From assembly GCA_037379345.1 (NCBI GenBank), contig CM074516.1, positions 49,513,626 to 49,577,625 of the forward strand: a stretch of 64,000 nt of DNA, written 5' to 3'. Made by a program: the position numbers and the translations under genes. This stretch comes from Perna viridis (Eukaryota). Below, piece by piece: positions 53,401-62,400 of the stretch; position 1 is the stretch's first letter; the number at the start of each line of letters is the position of its first letter. Under the pieces are notes generated by a model, which saw nothing but the letters and a program-made list of their open reading frames with translations, made no database searches and was not told where the DNA came from.

Positions 53401-56400
53401 GAAACCAAGATTCTAGCAGAAATCAAAAGAGTGTAATCCACGGACAACAATCAGATGGGGAAAACAGACACACATAACAAAGAACATAAAATAACCAAAA
53501 TAATTTGTACAAAAGAACAAAAGCAAATTAGCAACTTGGACTTCACTGAAAACTGGGAACTGAGTTGCTCATAAAAAGTCAGTTCAGGAGTAGACAAAAG
53601 AGGAAAGGAAAACTATGACACTTTGAATAAATTGGTGCTCATGGTGCAGATGGATACACTGTACTGATCCAAGAATTCATGATAATGACTGTAAAAATTA
53701 TGTACTGATGACTTCAATCTTCTAGCAACATAACCCTGTTTCAGAAGCCTAATTGTGAGAAGTCTAGCAAGGTACAAAAAGTCTGCAATAAGGCAAGCTC
53801 TGGCATAATGTATGAGTTATGATATGAAAACTCGATATGCAGTTGCTGAAGAGGTATTGCCACAGATAATAGGAAAGTTGACATTATGGAATGAAAAGTA
53901 ATTGTGATTGTGGTATAGTTTTGTCAATAGTTTTCCTTTACCATTAATCTCTAATTGTAGGTCAAGAAATGAGGCTGACATCACAGTGCCTCTAGTATCC
54001 TTTATTTCAAGTTCTTTGGGGTAGATCCAATGTATAAAATCCTTTGGATCAGGTCAGCTGTAAAGCCAGCCTCATAAGAGTGAAGGAATAGGTCAGCGAG
54101 TAGAGGAGCACAATTTGTTCCCATTGGAATGTCAATCTTTGGTTCAAATTATGTGTCTACCACACTGGGCAAATATTTTGTCGATCAAATATGTTGTGAA
54201 TCGTAGTTAAATAGCACCAGATTAACAGTTGGATGTAGTTAAATAGCACCAGATTAACGGTTGCATGTTAAAACTATCTGAATTCAGGATGGTCATTTAA
54301 AAATAGGTTCACATCTTTATAGCACTTCTTAATTTTGAATTTGCCATGTCTACACATTTGGTTATTCTTATGAGATTATTGTTCTTGTTTCAGCATGTTT
54401 ATTTGAAGGAAAGGTGATTAAAGATGGAGAGACATATAACCCAGATAAATGTACTACATGTACCTGTAACCATGGAAACATGGACTGTGCCAAGAAAGAT
54501 TGTCCTTCCGTTTCCTGTAGTAATCCAGTCTTTCAGCCAGGAGGATGTTGTCCTGTTTGTGATAGTGGTATTAACTCCAAATTTATTTACACACTGAAGG
54601 GAAACATTTCTAGATTGACATAGTTTAAAAAAACTAAAAAGATACAAGGACAAAAAACAAAAGTGCAAATTACTGTTCTTGACCTCAGATAATGAACAGA
54701 TAATATTTTAATGTCACATCAACTTGAAACTGGGTAAGAATGAATTCAAGATACATCTGTGCACAAAGAATGTAAAAAAACTACTTTATTTTTGTGATGT
54801 CCATGTAGAATATAAATAAATAATATTGTTTTGATAGTCTTGGCAACCTTAATGCTTTCAGAAAGCAACAATTCCATGTTTTTCAGCTTGTGAATATGAC
54901 ATGAAGACATATGTACATGGAGCAACATTTGTTGCCAGTTATGATCCTTGTTTGAACTGTTCCTGTCGGAATGCTATTGTCAGGTGTATTCCCATCCATT
55001 GTTCACTATCTGCTTACCCATGCAGAAATCCAGTTAGAAAGGGAGGCAACTGTTGTGACTTTGAGTGTCCAGGTTTGTGAATGTAGTTAACTTATATAAC
55101 TATCAGTAAATTTATTAGTGTTCAAGGCAAATATAGCTTCTAATTAGTGATAATAAAAAGTCCTTTAACTTGCAAGCTGAGCAATGTATACTGGGAACAA
55201 TATTCCTGAATCTTCATGCAATAACCCTTTATTATTAACCAACTACTCAAAATACGTCAAAAACTGTCCAATTGATATGAATTCAAACCAGGCATCTATG
55301 CGGGGCCAATATGAAAAAAGAGGGCTAATATGGATCAAATATGGATCAAATGCCAATACGGCATCATAACTTCCGGTCGTTTGACACCGCCATTTTTTGT
55401 TAGAATTGGATTTAATGAACTTTGATCACCAGAACTAAAAGCTGCAGAAACACAAAAAAAATCTTCCATTTTATACAAAGTGGATATTTCAGACTGAATA
55501 ATGCAAATAAACCTTTATATTTTTTGGTAAAACATGAAAACAACTGTTCTACAAATCATCTAGTTTAGTTGGTTAATAAAATTATCAATAAATATGTAAT
55601 TTCATATTGGCCCTGTTATAGGTTTCGGTCAATCATATTGGCCTCGACAGCTGTATTGGCCCTCGGGGATGCCTCAGGACCAATACAACTGCCTTGACCA
55701 ATAAGACAGACCTCAAACCTATAACAGGGCATATATGAAATTACTTATTTATTAACATATATTATTAACCAACTTACTACAATATGTATAGAAATGCCCA
55801 TCCTTTATGAACTGAAAATTTCGACAACTGGTCATTACGAACTGGAAATTCCTACAGCCGGTCATCATGAAATCACAGCCATGCATTATGAATTTCAAAA
55901 CAGGGCATCAATACAGGGCCATTAGGAACTAAATCAAAATGGCGTTCATACAAAATAAGTGACAACTTTAATTAAGAGTGACCTAATAATTCAATTAATT
56001 ATTATGAAATAATTTTGAATTGAACAGAAGTCCAAGACAGTAATATAGTATTAATGTATGGCCTTTTCCATATTGGCCCTGTAACATGCCATTGATATTA
56101 ATAATGGCCTCGGATGGCTGTAATGGCCCTCAGCATTGCCGCGGTCCATTACAGTCATCCTTGGCCATTATTAATACCTCGGGCATGTTACAGGGCCAGT
56201 ATGGAAAAGGCTGTACATTAATACTATATTACTGTCTTGGTCTTCTGTTCAATTCAAAATTATTTCAGCATGCCAGCAATCATTATTTCTGTTCCTAAAT
56301 TTGATAGTGAAAAACACAATGTTTATTAATACATCAGACATATTTCAGTAGATTAGTTGCTACATTTTTCATTGAAAGATTGATGAAATATTTTGATTTG

Positions 56401-59400
56401 CAGCATGTGTAGATGGTGGTGTTGAATATCAGGAAGGGGATAAATGGCCATCTACCAGTGATCCCTGTAAAGTTTGTACATGTTCTAGTGGTCTGGTGTC
56501 CTGTAGAAACAAACAGATCTGTCCAACATCTTGTACTCATGGTCTACAGAGGAGGGGGCAGTGTTGTAAGGATTGTACAAGTAAGTCATGTACCCATGGT
56601 CTACAGAGGAGGGGACAGTGTTGTAGGGATTGTACAAGTGAGTCATGTACTCATGGTCTACAGGAGAGCAGGCTGTGTTGTAGGGATTGTACAAGTGAGT
56701 CATGTACTCATGGTCTACAGGAGAGCAGGCTGTGTTGTAGGGATTGTACAAGTGAGTCATGTACTCATGGCCTACAGAAGAGCAGGCTGTGTTGTAGGGA
56801 TTGTACAAGTGAGTCATGTACTCATGGTCTACAGAAGAGCAGGCTGTGTTGTAGGGATGGTACAAGTGAGTCATGTACTCATGGTCTACAGAGGAGGGGG
56901 CAGTGTTGTAGGGATGGTACAAGTGAGTCATGTACTCATGGTCTACAGAAGAGCAGGCTGTGTTGTAGGGATTGTACAAGTTCTAATAAAGTGATTAGCA
57001 TATCCTCTAGGTGTTGAAAATATAATTTACAGAAAATATATTATGATGGTCTTTTAAATTCAGATTGTCTTTACAATGGAAGAGTATACCATGATGGACA
57101 GACCTTTACTCAGCCTGGAGATAGATGTCGCCAGTGTACCTGTAATCGTGGCAACGTAAAATGTGAGAGAACAGGAATATGTCCATTATTGTCATGCCGA
57201 GTGACAGAGACTCAATCAGGGGCATGTTGTCCTATTTGTAAAGGTAAGACTTGTTATTCCATTGACCAATAGGCTGTATAGAAGATACATGACTACAGTT
57301 TATAATATCGTTTCTTACCAGGAATTATGGTTTTAGGGAAATTTCTGTTAAATATTGTTTTAGAGTAATCAAGGGAACCAAGGTTATAGCGGTAATCAAA
57401 AGAATGTAATCCAGGGACAAAGACCAGACATGGAAAACAGACATACACAACAATGAACATAAAGTAACTAAAATCATACATACAAAGTAACAAAAGTAAA
57501 TGAGCAACTCCGACTCCACTAAAAACTGGGAGCATGGACCAGGTGCACTGGTAGGGTAAGCGTCCTCTGCTTTTCTAGAAACACCCGCTGAGTTGCTCAT
57601 AAAAAGTCAAGTCCAGGGTAGACAAACAAGGGAAAGGAAAACTATGACCTGTTGAATAAATCAGTTTTCATGGTGCTGATGGATACACAATAATGATCCA
57701 CAAGTTGGTGAGTATGATAACGGCCATAAAACTTCTGTAGTGATGACTTCAATCTTGTAGCAAAAATAACTCTGTTCCAGAAGCCTATTTGTTAAAGTTC
57801 TAGCGCGATACAAAAAGTCTGCGTAGTTTCAGCAAGCTCTGGCATAACGTATGAGTTATGATGTGAACACGCCATACACAGGAGCATATATTGTGTTTGA
57901 CAAATGATCAGTTATGATTATTAAAGAAGTTTACAAATTAAAGTGAGAAACACATAAAAAAACAGTACACATTTAGAATAATTCAAGTATTATTACCCCA
58001 ATCATATTAATTTTTTACCGGTGAAAGTAGGTCAAGCAGTTTCTCAAAATCATATGTCTGTCTGTCAAGCTTAGAGGGTACCTACTTTGTATGATCTGTA
58101 ACTCAAAAATTAACGGAAACTTTGCACAATGTTTATATATATACTGAAGATGTGCACCACATATTATGGAGAAATTTATGAAATGTTTTCCCTCGTTTTT
58201 AGGATGTTGAATTTGTTGCCAGTTAACTTGCTTATAATTTATGCTTATATACGTTTAAGATATTTGTGTGCTGACAAATATATGAGAGTGGCGCAGGTAT
58301 TGACTTGTATGGATCTTGTTTCTTGTAGGTTGTATTTATGAAGGTAGAAATTATCGCCATGGTGATACAATATCAGCTGACCAGTGTACAAGATGTACTT
58401 GCTTGGAAGGTAAAATTTTACAGGAATATTTCCTTATATATCTTGCTTCAAATAATATTCAGAAGTGATAAATATTTTGTTTTAAAAAATGTGTTACATT
58501 TGTTTATATTTCTGCTTTTAACAAACACATCTAATAATTTTGAAAGGAATTTTATTATCATGAATTAATGAAGTTCTCTAAATTGATATAATTTAGTTAA
58601 ATTGTACATTTTCAGGCCAAGTAAACTGTCAGAGACCTCAGTGCTCACCACCTCGTTGTAAGCACCCTACAGTCCAGCCTGGAGACTGTTGCCCAACATG
58701 TGCTGAATGCATATTTGGGGGACGAACATATCAAAATCTAGAACAGTTCACCCCTCCCAACAGGCCTTGTGTGTCTTGTCTGTGTAAGGTAGGTTAGAGA
58801 GATCCATCCCTTCCAACAGGCCTTGTGTGTCTTGTCTGTGTAATATAGGTAGGAGAGATCCAGGCCTATTATGTTATGCTTGTTTGTCCCCATGGTTTTA
58901 GCTGAAGGGGACTTTAGATTTGCACTCCATCGGTCTGTCTGTCAGTCAGGAAAAAATTTGAAGTTTTCCACCTTTTTTTTTTATAAGACTTGCAGATATT
59001 AAACTGATTTTTTTTATGTGAGTCAACCTTGATGAGTTACAGATCAACTTTAGGTTTCGTTTCCACTTTGCTGATTTTTGTCAAAGTTATGGCCCTTGAA
59101 TTTTCTGAAATTTTATATGCGTCTATCATTATGAGTTACAGATCAATTTTACGTTTGGTCTCCTCCGCTAATTTTTGTCAGAGTTATGGCCCTTGAACTT
59201 TGAAAAATTTACCGAAATTTAAGTTTTCTTCACTTTATTTCTAAACTTTTGTAGAGATTGAGCTGATTTGTGGTATGTGAGTCTACCCTTATGAGTTACA
59301 GATCAAGTTTCAGTTTCGTTCTGCTTTGCTGATTTTTGTCTGAGTTATGGCCCTTGAATTAACCAAATTTTAAAATTTTTCCGCACTTTTTTTCTAAACG

Positions 59401-62400
59401 CTTGCAGATGTTGAGCTGATTTATGGTATGTGAGTCTACCTTGATGAGTTACAGATCAAGTTTACATTTCATTCTGTATTGCTGATTTTTCCAAAGTTTC
59501 AAATCAAGGTGATTTCTTCAGTTTGTCATTTATACTTGATGATCAAAGGTAGTATTTGGGTCAATGATATAAACAGCAGGTAGGGTACTGTGTATTGTTT
59601 TGCAATACTCTCAGAGGGCTTGTTATACCATCAATCAAATACAATATACACTTTTACTTGTTCTTAGAATGTAAGTAATTGTTACTTTGTTAATGTAAAT
59701 TGCATTCTTTAACTCACATTTTGTTTTATTAACTTAAATTGTGTTTTAGTGTTAACTAATAAATTAAATTATGTTTTGTTAACTTAAATTGCGAATTTAT
59801 AGGTACAATTTGTATGATTTATAATTTTTTTCTCTAGTTCTTTCATTACTTTTAGAGAGGACATTTGACATGTGAGCAAAAGAACAAGAACACTTGTTCC
59901 CCTACTTCCTGTAAACATCCTGACACACCTCCCGGTCAGTGTTGTCCTACATGTGATGGATGTTTCTTCATGAGAAGAATGTTCAGAAACAATCAGAAAT
60001 TTGTACCTCCTGGTGGAGATATGTGTAAAATCTGCCTGTGTCAGGTAAGCTGTTCAAATTGTCTGTTATAATCTGTTTGTGTCAGGTAAGCTGTTATAAT
60101 CTGCCTATATCAGGTAAGCTGTTAGAATCTACTTGTGTCAATTCAGCTGTTATAATCTGCTTGTGTCAGACAAGCTGTCAGAATCTGGCTTTGTCAGTTT
60201 GTCAGGTAAGCTGTTCAAATAGTCTGTTAGAATCTGTTTATGTCAGGTAAGCTGTTATAATCTACTTGTGTCAGGTAAGCTGTTATAACTGCTTGTGACA
60301 GGTAAGCTGTTATAATCTGCTTGTGTCAGGTAAGCTGTTATAAATGCTTGTGTCAGGTAAGCTGTTAGAATCTTCCTGTGTCAGGTAAGCTGATATAACT
60401 GCTTGTGTCAGGTAAGCTGTTTAAATTGTCTGTTAGAATCTGCCTGTGTCAGGCAAGCTGTTAGAATCTGCTTGTGTCAGTTCAGGTGCTATAACTGCTT
60501 GTATCAGGTAAGCTGTTAGAATCTGGCTTTGTCAGGTGAGCTGTTCAAATTGTCTGTCAGAATCTGCTTGTGTCAGTTCAGCTGTTATAATCTGCTTATG
60601 TCTGGTAAGCTGCTTAAACTGTCCATTATAATCTGCTTGTGTCAGTTTAGCTGTTATAATCTGCTTATGTCAGGTAAGCTGTTATAATCTGCTTGTATCA
60701 GTTCAACTGTTATAACTGCTTGTGTCAGGTAAGCTGTTAGAATATGCTTCTGTTAATTCAGCTGTTATAATCTGCTTGTGTCAGGCAAGCTGTTAGAATC
60801 TGGGTTTGTCAGGTTAGCTGTTCAAATTGTCTGTTAGAATCTGCTTGTGTCAGTTCAGCTGTTATAATCTGCTTGTGTCAGGTTAGCTGTTATAACTGCT
60901 TATGTCAGGTAAGCTGATATAACTGCTTGTGTCAGGTAAACTGTTAGAATCAGCCTGTGTCGGGTAAGCTGATAGAGTTTCACTGTTCTAATCAGCTTGT
61001 TACAGGTAAGATGTTTTAATCTGCATGTGTCTGTTCAGCTGTTATAATCTGCTTGTGTCAGTTCAGGTGCTATAACTGCTTGTATCAGGTAAGCTGTTAG
61101 AATCTGGCTTTGTCAGGTGAGCTGTTCAAATTGTCTGTCAGAATCTGCTTGTGTCAGTTCAGCTGTTTTAATCTGCTTATGTCTGGTAAGCTGCTTAAAC
61201 TGTCCGTTATAATCTGCTTGTGTCAGTTTAGCTGTTATAATCTGCTTATGTCAGGTAAGCTGTTATAATCTGCTTGTATCAGTTCAACTGTTATAACTGC
61301 TTGTGTCAGGTAAGCTGTTAGAATCTGCTTCTGTTAATTCAGCTGTTGTAATCTGCTTGTGTCAGGCAAGCTGTTAGAATCTGGGTTTGTCAGGTTAGCT
61401 GTTCAAATTGTCTGTTAGAATCTGCTTGTGTCAGGTTAGCTGTTCAAATTGTCTGTTAGAATTTGCTTGTGTCAGTTCAGCTGTTATAATCTGCTTGTGT
61501 CAGGTTAGCTGTTATAACTGCTTATGTCAGGTAAGCTGATATAACTGCTTGTGTCTGTTCAGCTGTTATAATCTGCTTGTATCAGGCAAGCTGTTAGAAT
61601 CTGGCTTTGTCAGGTTAGCTGTTCAAATTGTCTGTTAGAATCTGCTTGTGTCAGGTTAGCTGTTATAACTGCTTATGTCAGGTACGCTGTTAGAATCTGC
61701 ATGTGTCAGGTAAGCTGATATAACTGCTTGTGTCAGGTAAACTGTTAGCATCAGCCTGTGTCAGGTAAGCTGATAGAGTTTCACTGTTCTAATCAGCTTG
61801 TTACAGGTAAGATGTTTTTTTAATTCATGTGTCTGTTCAGCTGTTATAATCTGCTTGTGTCAGTTCAGCTGTTACAACTGCTTGTGTCAGGTTAGCTGTT
61901 ACAACTGATTGTGTCAGGTAAGCTGTTAGAATCTGCCTGTGTCAGGTAAGCTGATATAACTGCTTGTGTCAGGTAAGCTGTTATAATCTGCTTGTGTCAG
62001 TTCAGCTGTTACAACTGCTTGTGTCAGGTTAGCTGTTACAACTGCTTGTGTCAGGTAAGCTGTTAGAATCTGCCTGTGTCAGGTAAGCTGTTATAATCTG
62101 CTTGTGTCATGTAAGCTGTTATAGTTTCATTGTTCTAATCAGCTTGTTACAGGTAAGATGTTATAATCTGCTTCTGTCTGTTCAGCTGTTACAACTGCTT
62201 GTGTCAGGTTAGCTGTTGTAACTGCTTCTGTCAGGTAAGCTGTTAGAATCTGCCTGTGTCAGGTAAGCTGTCAGTATCTGCCTGTGTCAGGTAAGCTGAT
62301 ATAACTGCTTGTGTCAGGTAAGCTGTTTTAATCTGCTTGTGTCAGGTAAGCTGTTAGAGTTCCACTGTTCTAATCAGCTTGTTAAAGGTAAGATGTTATA

